Assembly: GCA_025363375.1 (NCBI GenBank)
Contig: JANYDZ010000159.1
Location: 1 to 38,618, forward strand
DNA from: Hyphomicrobiales bacterium
GTDB taxonomy: Bacteria; Pseudomonadota; Alphaproteobacteria; Rhizobiales; Beijerinckiaceae
Direction of reading: 5' to 3'
DNA: 38,618 nt
The position numbers and the translations under genes are program-made. Every line of letters starts with the position of its first letter. The stretch's first letter is position 1. This document shows, piece after piece, positions 25,420 to 34,421 of this stretch. The notes below the pieces were generated by a model. The model did not search any database. It saw only the letters and a program-made list of their open reading frames with translations, and was not told the origin of the DNA.

Positions 25420-28400
25420 CTAGGTAGCGGCCCCAGCCCCGTCAAGGTCGCCGCCGTCGCCGATGACGCCCATTTGATCGTTGCTCACATCATCGCGACC
25501 GGCGAACGCGAGCGCGCGGCGCAATTGCGCGGCTGCAAGTTCGACGATTTGCGGGCCGTTCACCCAGACAAGCAGGGCGCGAATCTTCCGCTCCGGATAG
25601 ATCGCCGCCAGCGCGGCGGCATAAAGGGCGAGCTGGGCGGCGTAGGAGATGGGCGTGCGGTCCGCCGGCCTTGGCGCGCCGGTCTTGAAATCCGCGATCA
25701 ACACTTCGCTTTGGGTTACGACCAGTCGATCGATCTGCCCGATGATGTCGATTGTCCGCCCGGACGCGACTTCGACGCGGCCGGCGAGCGACACTTCGGC
25801 CCGGGAACCAGGGCCGAACAAAGCCGCGAGGTCCCGGTGCGCCAGAACCGCGAGCGCCTGATCCACCAGCGCGTTACGACCGCCCTCATCAAGCGCTGGC
25901 GCCCGCAGCAGCAGGAAGCGCCGCGCCGCCGCGCCGCGGGCGCCTGACACGAGGTTCGGCAAATGCTGCAACAGGGCGTGTATCAATCGGCCGAGACGCG
26001 CTGCCTCAACGCCCGTCCGCGCGGCGGCGACATCCATTCGCGCCGCCGGCTCGTCCGCCGCCGCAAGGGCGCTTGAGGGGCGAACAGGCGGGGCCGCGCC
26101 CCGCTCCGCGCGCGCAGGACTTGTAAGCCATTCAGGCAGTTGCATGGGCGGAACCAAAACCGGCGGACCAACCGGCGCCGTCGCGAGCCGACACACGCCA
26201 TCCTCGGCGCGGCGCAACACCTGTTCCAAACCGTCGAACGCCGGCGCGGAAGCGAGCGCAGGCTCCAGCGCAGAGCGAATCATGTTGTACCAGCATTCTT
26301 CCGGACGCTTGCCGGCTCCCTGATATCCCATGACGTAGAGGCGCTCCTCGGCGCGCGTCAGGGCCACGTAAAGCAGGCGGCGATATTCTTCCTGCATGGC
26401 GCGGATCGCCGCCGTGCGCGCTTGCGCGATCTGCGCGGGATCGTCGTCCTTGCGCCGGCTCCAAACGAGCGCGGGCCAACCCGAGCCATCGTCCAGGGCG
26501 TAGATGACCGGAGCTTTTTTGCCGTCCGGCATCGAACAGGTGTCGGGCAGGACGACGATCTTTGCTTCAAGCCCCTTGGCCGCGTGGACCGTCATGACGC
26601 GCACCGCGTCCGTCGCCGCGTCCATGTCGCGCTTCACGTCGCCATCGACGGATTCCAGCGCGTGCAGAAAAGCCGGCAGCGAGGGAGCCCCATTCTGTTC
26701 GTGCTTCAGCGACTGATTCAGAAATTCATCGATGGCGTCGCTGGCTTCGGCGCCAAGACGGGCGACAAGATCGCGTCGCCCGCCATCCGCGCCGAGCAGA
26801 TGCGCGTAGAACATGAAGGGAGTCGATTGCCGCGCGCGCGCGCGCCACAGGTCGATGCGCGCGCAGGCGGTTTGATGGCGGGCGCTTGCGGAGCCGCGGA
26901 GCGCGTCCATCAAAGAACCCGCTCGCAACGGCGCAAGTTCGATGAGATCATCGTCAATGAGACCTATGAGCGGCGATTTCAAAACGCAGGCAAGCGCGAG
27001 GTCGTCTTGGGGCAACAGCGCCGCGCGGCCAGCCGCGATGAGATCCATCACCGCGATGTGCCGGGCGAACTTAAGCCTGTCCGCGCCGGCGACCGGCACG
27101 CCCGCGTCCTTGAAAGCGCGAATGACAGCCTCGAAAAACGCCGAGCGTGTGCGCACAAGAACGATCACATCGCCGGCCCGGATGGCGCGCGGCGCGCCGG
27201 TTTTATCGTCCGTTACGCAATCCCGCGAATCGGGACGCAGCCAACCCGCCACCAGCGCGGCGACGCGGGCCGCCACGACGATGTGCGGATCATGCGGATT
27301 GACCGCGTCGAGCGGCAGTTTCCAATCGCGCGACGGCGGCAAGTCCAACGGCGCGACGGGCTCCCAGATTTCAACGAGGCCGGGCACGTCGGTTTTCCAC
27401 GCCTGATGCAGAAGCATTGCATCGTCGCTCGAAAGACCGGCGCGATTCGCCGGTAGTTTAAAGATTGTGTCGACCGATTCCAGCACCCGCGGCGCGGAGC
27501 GAAACGACAGATGCAGCTTCAGTTCCTGAAAAAGGCCATCGGCATTCTCGGTCGTTTTTCTGAAATGCGCGCGCATATCCGCGAATTCAGCGGGGCGCGC
27601 GCCCTGAAACGAAAAAATGGACTGCTTTTCGTCGCCGACCGCGAAGAACGTGCGCAGCGCGCTTCGCTGCCCTTTGCCGGAGGTGAACTCCTCGGCGATT
27701 CGCCGCAGGATGTCCCATTGCTCGGGCGACGTGTCCTGCGCCTCGTCGATCAGAATATGATCGATGCCGGAATCGAGTTTGAAGAGAATCCAGCCTGCGT
27801 CCGATCGCGACAGAAGGTTGAGCGTCTTGTCGATGAGATCATCGAAATCAAGCAGGGCGCGCGTGTTTTTGGCCGAAGCGTAATGTTGCAGCACCCTGTC
27901 GGCGACCGTCACAAGAGCTGTGGTTTGTTCGACGACGCGCGCGGCCTTGCGCTTTTCCGCCAGAAGCACGAGGCGATCCTGCTCGCTCTGCAAGTGAAGC
28001 AGAAGGCAGGGATCAAGTTTCTGCAGCGTTTTGGTGATGACCGCTCTGGATTCGCCGCCGCGCGGCCGCCCCTGCTGCGTTAAGAACACATCCAGCCACG
28101 CGTCGATCCGCAGCTGCCCGTCCGCGGCCGCTGCGCGGCGGCAATGTTCCGCCAGTTTCTGATCGTTGACGGAGCCCTGAGCCAGACTTTCCGCGAGGTC
28201 CGGCCAATCGGAAAAGGGGATGCCATCCTCGACCATCGCGCGTTCGATTTCGGCGATCGTGTCCTTGTTCGCAAGGCCAAGACGCCCGCGGAGAAACCGG
28301 CGATAGCCGCCGGCGGAACCGGCGGCCCGAACAGCCTGCGCCAGCTGGCGCCGCATGCCCAGCGCGTCCCGCACGAGCTTCTCAAAACCGTCCTCGGTCG

Positions 28401-28965
28401 ATTCCGCCGACAGAACCGCGAGCGCTCTGCCCAGCGCGCTGTCGGGATTGCCCATCGCTTCCGCCAACATGGCCTGGCGCGCCAGTTCCAGCAACTCGCC
28501 TTTCTGCATGTCCTCGATCAATTGAAAGCGAGAGGGCAGATTGGCTTCGAAGGGAAACAGATGCAGCAGACGTTCGCAAAATGCGTGGATGGTTTGAATT
28601 TTCAAGCCGCCCGGCGTCTCGACGGCGCGGGCGAACAAGCGCCGCGCGAAATCGAGATCGCCGAAGGACGCGCCCGCGCCGACGGCGAGAATCGCTTGCG
28701 TCAATTGGGCGTCGTCGAGCATGGTCCATTTCGACAAAATGTCGAACACGCGCAGCGACATGTTGGCGGCGGCGGCCTTTGTGTAGGTGAGGCACAATAT
28801 TTTCGCCGGCGGCGCGCCTTCCAGCAGCAGCCGCACGACGCGTTGCGTCAGAACATGCGTCTTGCCGGAACCCGCGTGCGCGGAGACCCACACGGAGGCG
28901 CGCGGATCGGAGGCCTTGTGCTGCTCCCGCGTGGTTGAATCGGGAATGACGCGGCGAAGGTTCAT
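25420..28965 (-). CDS. addA: Double-strand break repair helicase/nuclease AddA
   Basis: SAHAGSGKT, LTYTKAAA, IDEAQDT, VGDEKQSIFSFQGA, MTVHAAKGLE, RLLYVALTRA and nuclease IDRL..IADFKTG. ATG at 28965 overlaps the addB stop. Confidence 0.96.
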   Translation of the reverse strand: MNLRRVIPDSTTREQHKASDPRASVWVSAHAGSGKTHVLTQRVVRLLLEGAPPAKILCLTYTKAAAANMSLRVFDILSKWTMLDDAQLTQAILAVGAGASFGDLDFARRLFARAVETPGGLKIQTIHAFCERLLHLFPFEANLPSRFQLIEDMQKGELLELARQAMLAEAMGNPDSALGRALAVLSAESTEDGFEKLVRDALGMRRQLAQAVRAAGSAGGYRRFLRGRLGLANKDTIAEIERAMVEDGIPFSDWPDLAESLAQGSVNDQKLAEHCRRAAAADGQLRIDAWLDVFLTQQGRPRGGESRAVITKTLQKLDPCLLLHLQSEQDRLVLLAEKRKAARVVEQTTALVTVADRVLQHYASAKNTRALLDFDDLIDKTLNLLSRSDAGWILFKLDSGIDHILIDEAQDTSPEQWDILRRIAEEFTSGKGQRSALRTFFAVGDEKQSIFSFQGARPAEFADMRAHFRKTTENADGLFQELKLHLSFRSAPRVLESVDTIFKLPANRAGLSSDDAMLLHQAWKTDVPGLVEIWEPVAPLDLPPSRDWKLPLDAVNPHDPHIVVAARVAALVAGWLRPDSRDCVTDDKTGAPRAIRAGDVIVLVRTRSAFFEAVIRAFKDAGVPVAGADRLKFARHIAVMDLIAAGRAALLPQDDLALACVLKSPLIGLIDDDLIELAPLRAGSLMDALRGSASARHQTACARIDLWRARARQSTPFMFYAHLLGADGGRRDLVARLGAEASDAIDEFLNQSLKHEQNGAPSLPAFLHALESVDGDVKRDMDAATDAVRVMTVHAAKGLEAKIVVLPDTCSMPDGKKAPVIYALDDGSGWPALVWSRRKDDDPAQIAQARTAAIRAMQEEYRRLLYVALTRAEERLYVMGYQGAGKRPEECWYNMIRSALEPALASAPAFDGLEQVLRRAEDGVCRLATAPVGPPVLVPPMQLPEWLTSPARAERGAAPPVRPSSALAAADEPAARMDVAAARTGVEAARLGRLIHALLQHLPNLVSGARGAAARRFLLLRAPALDEGGRNALVDQALAVLAHRDLAALFGPGSRAEVSLAGRVEVASGRTIDIIGQIDRLVVTQSEVLIADFKTGAPRPADRTPISYAAQLALYAAALAAIYPERKIRALLVWVNGPQIVELAAAQLRRALAFAGRDDVSNDQMGVIGDGGDLDGAGAAT

Positions 28966-31900
28966 GTCTCGTCTCCCTCGCCGTCGCCCGCCGACCATTC
29001 CTTCACGCGCGCCAGGTGATCGTAGGCGCTGAACTTGTTGATAAACTGCGGATAGGGCCGGGGTATGTAGGGCGTGTTCACGTCCCTGAACTCATCGAGC
29101 AGGTTGCGCAGTTCGACAAAATGCTCCCGCGCGAATTGCGAAAGGGTTTCGCTTTTTGGCTTGAGCGACACCGGCGCTTTTTTTTCGCCGCCGAGAATTT
29201 TGACGTAGAGCGCGTCCTCGACGCCCGCGGCAGGAATCCCTTTAAACGCGCCGCGCTCGAGCATGGCGGTTTCAAGCGTCAGTTGCGGCGCGAAACCGGC
29301 GGCGATTTCCTTTGGGGTGGGCGTGCCGCCGCTCTTGAAATCGATGACCGCGAGCGTTCCATCGCGGCGACGTTCGACGCGGTCGGCCTGCGCGGTCAAC
29401 TGGAATATCGATCCGTCGGACAGCGGGAAGGCGAGCAGACCGCTTTGCTCGACTTCAATTTTTGCAATCTCCCCGCGCCGCTGACTTTCCCAATCGAGCA
29501 GGGTGGTCAGCGCCGTTTCGATGCGCGGCCAATGGAAGGCGCGAAAGGCCGCATTCGGCAACATTTCCGCGAACTTTTTTTCCGCGATGGCGCGCAACAC
29601 GGCCAGCGCGTCGTCGGGCAGCTTTGAGCCTGGCCAGGCGCGGGCGAAATCGGCGGTCATTTCATGCAACAGATTGCCGGTCTCGCGCGCGCCGGGCTCG
29701 ATGTTCAGCGGCCCCAACGCGATGAGACCCAGAATACTTTCCGCGTAAATCCCGTAGGGATCGCGCCTTAATGTTTCGATGCGCGTGACGCTCAGGCGCG
29801 TCGGGCGCAAGGCCAGCGGAGGCCGGGGCCGGGGCCGCGCTATGCGCGACATTGCTTTCGCGTCGATTTCCCTGGCCAATGCGATGGTTGCTTGCCCCCG
29901 CTGAAGGCATTGGCGCCATTCATCTTCGCCCGCGAGCGCGGCCATACGTTGCAGAAACCGCGACGGCACGGTCGGCGCGCCGTCGCGCTTTCTGGCGCGC
30001 GAAACAACCACCCGCGGCGCTCCCATGGCTTCCACAAAGTCATGCGCCGACTGTCCGATGCGGCGCTCGGGCGGACCAAGCCCCAGCGCGGTTCGCATGG
30101 GACGATTGAGAAATGGATCGGCGCCGGCCGCGGGCGGCCAGACGGTTTCGTCAAGTCCGCCAAGCAACACCACGTCGAGATGCAACAGACGCGCTTCGAG
30201 CGGACCCAGAATCTTGAAACGCGGATGCGCGCGGCGCGGCGATCTGACGATTGTCTCCGCGAGGATATGTTCAAACAGGGCGGCGTAATCAGTCGGAGCC
30301 AGCGGCAGGGAGGGCAACGAAGGCTGACTCAGCGCGTCAAACAATTCTTCGATGGCGAGCGAATCTTCCTGTCCGTCCTGCGGCGCAAGCAGACGCGCGA
30401 TCGTCGCGCGGTGCGCGGAAGTCCAGATCGCGAGACCGGCGGGCGCGGCGACGGCGCGCAGCGGCGCGAGCGCGGCCTCGATATCTTCGAGAAGCCCCTG
30501 CAACAGGCGCCAATCGTCGTCGCCAATCGCGCGCGCGGCGCGATGAGCGTCGCGGGTTTGCGCGGCGAGTCGCGCATTCTCAATCGCGACGGCGGGAGCG
30601 AGGCCCTGCATCGCGACAGCGCGCCAAACGCCGATTTCCAGCAACCCGACCAGCCGCCACAACTCGTCCGGCGCCCGCGACAGACGCGCGAGGGGATGCG
30701 AAAGAAGCGCTAGAATATCTATGTTGCCGGCATCCGACCCCGCCGCGGCGAGCGCGAGACGCGCCAAAACGCCCGCGGGCGCAAGGCCAAGGGAATCTCC
30801 CGCGGAATCATCGACTTCGATGTTCCAGCGCGCGAGTTCGCCCTTGACGCGCCGCGCCAACGCGCGGTCCGGCGTCACCAGAGCGCCCGTTGCTCCGTCG
30901 CGCTCGAGCAAGCGCCGCGCTTCGATGGCAAGGCACAGCGCTTCCTCCCGTTCGTCGGCGGCTTCGATGAGGGCGACGTGCTCCAGCGCGGCGGCAAAAT
31001 CCTGGCGATGGCCGCGCGCGAAGGCGAGCCAGGAGTGGGTGGCGTCGGCAGGGCGCATGGCCTCGCTGACGAACCGCGCGCGCGCGCGCAACGCGGGCGA
31101 CAGCGCGACGGTTTCCACGACATCGGCGCGCGTCACGCCAAGCGTCCGCAACAACCGGTTCAAAACCGCCTGCGGGTGGCCGTCCGCCGGACCGGCTTTC
31201 CGCGCCTCATCGCCGGCTATCATGGCCCAGGCGATTTCATCGAGTTGCATGTCAAGGCCGGGCAGCACAATGGCCCCTCTGGGCAGACGCGCAATGGCGC
31301 CCAACAGGCGCGCGGTCGCTGGATTGGCGCCCGTCGAGCCGATAGCGATGACAGGATGGCCTTGCGTCATCGCCGACAGCCGCTCGATCTCAGAGGCCAC
31401 GAGCCGCATCTGCCGCCCGGCGCGATCGATCAGACCGCGTTCATTCAAATGCGCCGGCCATGACGCCGTGGCGATTTTGAGAAACTCCAGCGTAATGCGC
31501 CAGTACTGATCGTAATTTTCCGGCGCGAGGCCGGCGAGCGCGGACCACTCGACGCCTTCGATGGTCATGTCGTCGATCAGGCTCGCCAGATCGCCTGAAA
31601 GATTCCAGGCTTGCGCCGGAGACGTCGCCACGAGCAGACTTTCGCCATCGACAAACTCGCGTTTCCCCGAGGCGTCTATGGAAACAATCGCGTAACGCAA
31701 AGCGCGCGCCCATTCGATAATCATCCGTGTCAGGACAAGACGGCGCTCCACGTCGCTCACCGCTTCAGGCAAGCCGGACAACGGCGCGTCGCCAAATCCA
31801 CTGTCGTGAAAGGCAAGACCGGCCTCAATATCCTCGAGATGGCCGAGGGGAACGATGCGCGGCAGCAACACCACGGACTGCTTCGCGGCGCGGGCGAATT

Positions 31901-32090
31901 CATCAGCGAGCGCGCGGGCCGAACGCCGCGTGGGCACAAAGATGGTCGCGGCGGAGAGGCCGGCGGGATCGCTCGCGTCAACCGCGCCCGGCACAAGCGC
32001 GCCGACGAGGAATTGCTCGACAAAGGTCGCGAGAAAAGGAACGCCGGGAGGGATGGTGAAAATTCGCGGTTGTGCGCGGGCGCCCGTCAT
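28962..32090 (-). CDS. addB: Double-strand break repair protein AddB
   Basis: IFTIPPGVPFL, FVPTRRS, LVTPDRALARRV, ILGPLEARL, LSVTRIETLRRDPY and nuclease ADRVE..IDFKSG. Start at MTGAR. Confidence 0.95.
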   Translation of the reverse strand: MTGARAQPRIFTIPPGVPFLATFVEQFLVGALVPGAVDASDPAGLSAATIFVPTRRSARALADEFARAAKQSVVLLPRIVPLGHLEDIEAGLAFHDSGFGDAPLSGLPEAVSDVERRLVLTRMIIEWARALRYAIVSIDASGKREFVDGESLLVATSPAQAWNLSGDLASLIDDMTIEGVEWSALAGLAPENYDQYWRITLEFLKIATASWPAHLNERGLIDRAGRQMRLVASEIERLSAMTQGHPVIAIGSTGANPATARLLGAIARLPRGAIVLPGLDMQLDEIAWAMIAGDEARKAGPADGHPQAVLNRLLRTLGVTRADVVETVALSPALRARARFVSEAMRPADATHSWLAFARGHRQDFAAALEHVALIEAADEREEALCLAIEARRLLERDGATGALVTPDRALARRVKGELARWNIEVDDSAGDSLGLAPAGVLARLALAAAGSDAGNIDILALLSHPLARLSRAPDELWRLVGLLEIGVWRAVAMQGLAPAVAIENARLAAQTRDAHRAARAIGDDDWRLLQGLLEDIEAALAPLRAVAAPAGLAIWTSAHRATIARLLAPQDGQEDSLAIEELFDALSQPSLPSLPLAPTDYAALFEHILAETIVRSPRRAHPRFKILGPLEARLLHLDVVLLGGLDETVWPPAAGADPFLNRPMRTALGLGPPERRIGQSAHDFVEAMGAPRVVVSRARKRDGAPTVPSRFLQRMAALAGEDEWRQCLQRGQATIALAREIDAKAMSRIARPRPRPPLALRPTRLSVTRIETLRRDPYGIYAESILGLIALGPLNIEPGARETGNLLHEMTADFARAWPGSKLPDDALAVLRAIAEKKFAEMLPNAAFRAFHWPRIETALTTLLDWESQRRGEIAKIEVEQSGLLAFPLSDGSIFQLTAQADRVERRRDGTLAVIDFKSGGTPTPKEIAAGFAPQLTLETAMLERGAFKGIPAAGVEDALYVKILGGEKKAPVSLKPKSETLSQFAREHFVELRNLLDEFRDVNTPYIPRPYPQFINKFSAYDHLARVKEWSAGDGEGDET

Positions 32091-32094
32091 CGCG

Positions 32095-32838
32095 CTACAG
32101 AACCGAACGCGCGATGGCGCGTTCCGCCTCGCCGATCGCTTCAGGGGTTCCCACGTGCAGCCACAGACCTTCAAGACGCACGCCGAAGAGACGGCCTTTT
32201 TCGGCGGCCTCGAAAAAGAACGGCGCGAGACGGAAGACTTCGCGCGTCTCCGACGCGAACAATTGCGGCTTGAGAATTCCAACGCCGGAATAGACGAAAG
32301 GCGCGACCTCCGGTTCGCGGCGCCGCGTCAGTCGTCCCTCGCCGTCCATGGTAAAGTCGCCGGGCCAATCAACGCCGACGCTCGTCGCCGTGCCCGCCAG
32401 CAGCAGCAGCACATCCATTCGCTCGGGATCCCACGTTCGGACAAGACGCCGCAGGTTCGATGTTGGACCTTCTATCCAGAAAGCGTCGGTGTTCGCCACA
32501 AAGAAAGGCTTTTCGCCGAGCAGCGGCAGCGCCTTCCGGATGCCGCCGCCTTGATCAAGCAGGGTTTCGCGTTCGTCCGATACGATGATTTCTGGCCGCG
32601 CGCGCGTCTTCAGATGTTGCTCGATCTGGTCGGGAAGATAATGCACGTTTACAACGGCGCGCGCGACGCCGGATTCGGCGAAGCGGTCGAGCGTATGATC
32701 CATCAGCGGTTTGCCGCCGACCGCGATCATGGGTTTAGGCGTGCGCTCGGTGATCGGCCGCATGCGCGTGCCAAGCCCGGCGGCGAAAACCATCGCTGAT
32801 GCCGGCGTAAATGTTTCAGGCACGGCGGGCTTTGACAT
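32095..32838 (-). CDS. murU: Nucleotidyltransferase, MurU-like (MurNAc-1-P uridylyltransferase)
   Basis: AMVFAAGLGTRMRPIT..PKPM and WLHVGTP; follows the amgK domain as in the conserved operon. Confidence 0.85.
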   Translation of the reverse strand: MSKPAVPETFTPASAMVFAAGLGTRMRPITERTPKPMIAVGGKPLMDHTLDRFAESGVARAVVNVHYLPDQIEQHLKTRARPEIIVSDERETLLDQGGGIRKALPLLGEKPFFVANTDAFWIEGPTSNLRRLVRTWDPERMDVLLLLAGTATSVGVDWPGDFTMDGEGRLTRRREPEVAPFVYSGVGILKPQLFASETREVFRLAPFFFEAAEKGRLFGVRLEGLWLHVGTPEAIGEAERAIARSVL

Positions 32839-32861
32839 CGCGCGAATATCCGTTGGCGGCT

Positions 32862-34406
32862 TCAGGTCTCGGCGGGGAAAATGCCGGGCACGTATTGTTC
32901 ATACCACGCGCGCAAATCCGCCAGCGCGGGATGCGCCAGATCCTTGGCGAGGTAGCGTTCAACGCGCGGCACATGCGTCAGATATTGGGGTTTGTGATCG
33001 CGCTTGTCGAGACGCGCGAAGATGCCGAGAATTTTTGTCGCGCGCTGCGCGCCCAGCGCCGCGTAGGCGCGCGCAAACGCGGCCATGTCAAAACCCGGGT
33101 CCGCCTCGCGCCGCTTGCGCGCGTAGTGCGACAACAAGCGCAGTTCCAGTTCATTGCTCACGGTGACGCGCGCGTCCTGCAGCAGCGAGACCACGTCATA
33201 AGCGGGGTGCCCAAGCACGCAGTCCTGAAAATCGATGACGCCGACGCGGCGCAGGCCCTCGCGTTCCGGCAACCAGATCAGGTTGGGCGAATGATAGTCG
33301 CGCAAACTCCAGGTTCGCTCGGATTCGACGATCGGCGCGAGCTGCGCCTTCCAGAGCGCGATAAAATCGTCGCGCGCTTCGTCCTCGATGATCGTCCCGG
33401 AAAAGGCCGGCGCGTACCAATCCGGCAGAAGTTCCACTTCGATGAGCAGCGCGTCCATGTCGTAGCGCGGAATCGCATAGGTTGTGGATTCATCGACAAG
33501 CAGGACTTCCGGCAGGCGTCGGGAGTGGAGAGCCGCAAGCACGGCGGCCGATTCGGCGTACCGCTCCGGTATGGGACCGTTTTCATCCACCACGAGATCC
33601 GGACCGAGGTCCTCGAGAATGGCGAGGCCCGCGCCAAGATCGCTGGCGTGGATCGCCGGCGCCGAAAGCGACTGGGCCCGCAAGGCTTGAGCCACGGCGA
33701 CAAAGGGCGTCATGTTTTCGGCGAGGCGCGCTATGGCGGAATAGGACTTATAGCCGCGAATCGGCGGTCCGTCGGGACGCGGCGGCGAAATCATGAGAAT
33801 AGCACGCTCGCCATTCGGCTTCGTCAGCCGCTCGTAGGCGCGCGCCGACGCGTCGCCCAACATGAAGGCGCGTGTCGCGTCGCGCCAACCCGAAGTCTCG
33901 AGAAGCGCGTGAATGGCCTTGCCGCGCTCCAGACGCGCAGCGAACGCGCCATGGCCTGCGATCTCGACGCGGCGCGCCTCCTCGCCGTTCGAGACGTCGA
34001 GGGCGAAAAACACGTCGAGCCTGTCCGGCGGAAGTTGATCTCCGGCGCGCTCCGCCCATTCCACGATGACGAGGGCGCCAGCCGAAGCCTCGTCCCAGCC
34101 AAGTTGCGCAAGATCCCGGGGATCGTTGAGACGAAAGAGGTCGGCGTGAATAATGGGATAGTGAGGCGCCTGATAGACCTGCATCAGCGTGTAGGTCGGA
34201 CTTGGCACTTCCACGTCGGAATCGCCGGTCAGCGCGCGTATCAGCGCGCGCGCGAACGTGGTCTTGCCCGCGCCCAGATTACCCGACAGCGTCACGAGGT
34301 CGTCGGCGCGCAACAGATGCGACAGTTCGAGCGCGAGGCGCTGAGTCTCGCCCTCGTCCTTGAACCCGAGCCTCCAGACCGCTTTTTCCTTCGACAGGCC
34401 GGACAT
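32862..34406 (-). CDS. tsaE: TsaE (t6A ATPase) - AmgK-like phosphotransferase fusion
   Basis: N-terminal GNLGAGKT, VPSPTY, HADLFR and VEWAE. C-terminal GDASARAYER, RDYHSPNL, IDFQD and YDVVSLLQDAR. Confidence 0.93.
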   Translation of the reverse strand: MSGLSKEKAVWRLGFKDEGETQRLALELSHLLRADDLVTLSGNLGAGKTTFARALIRALTGDSDVEVPSPTYTLMQVYQAPHYPIIHADLFRLNDPRDLAQLGWDEASAGALVIVEWAERAGDQLPPDRLDVFFALDVSNGEEARRVEIAGHGAFAARLERGKAIHALLETSGWRDATRAFMLGDASARAYERLTKPNGERAILMISPPRPDGPPIRGYKSYSAIARLAENMTPFVAVAQALRAQSLSAPAIHASDLGAGLAILEDLGPDLVVDENGPIPERYAESAAVLAALHSRRLPEVLLVDESTTYAIPRYDMDALLIEVELLPDWYAPAFSGTIIEDEARDDFIALWKAQLAPIVESERTWSLRDYHSPNLIWLPEREGLRRVGVIDFQDCVLGHPAYDVVSLLQDARVTVSNELELRLLSHYARKRREADPGFDMAAFARAYAALGAQRATKILGIFARLDKRDHKPQYLTHVPRVERYLAKDLAHPALADLRAWYEQYVPGIFPAET

Positions 34407-34421
34407 GGCTTTCGGTTCTCC

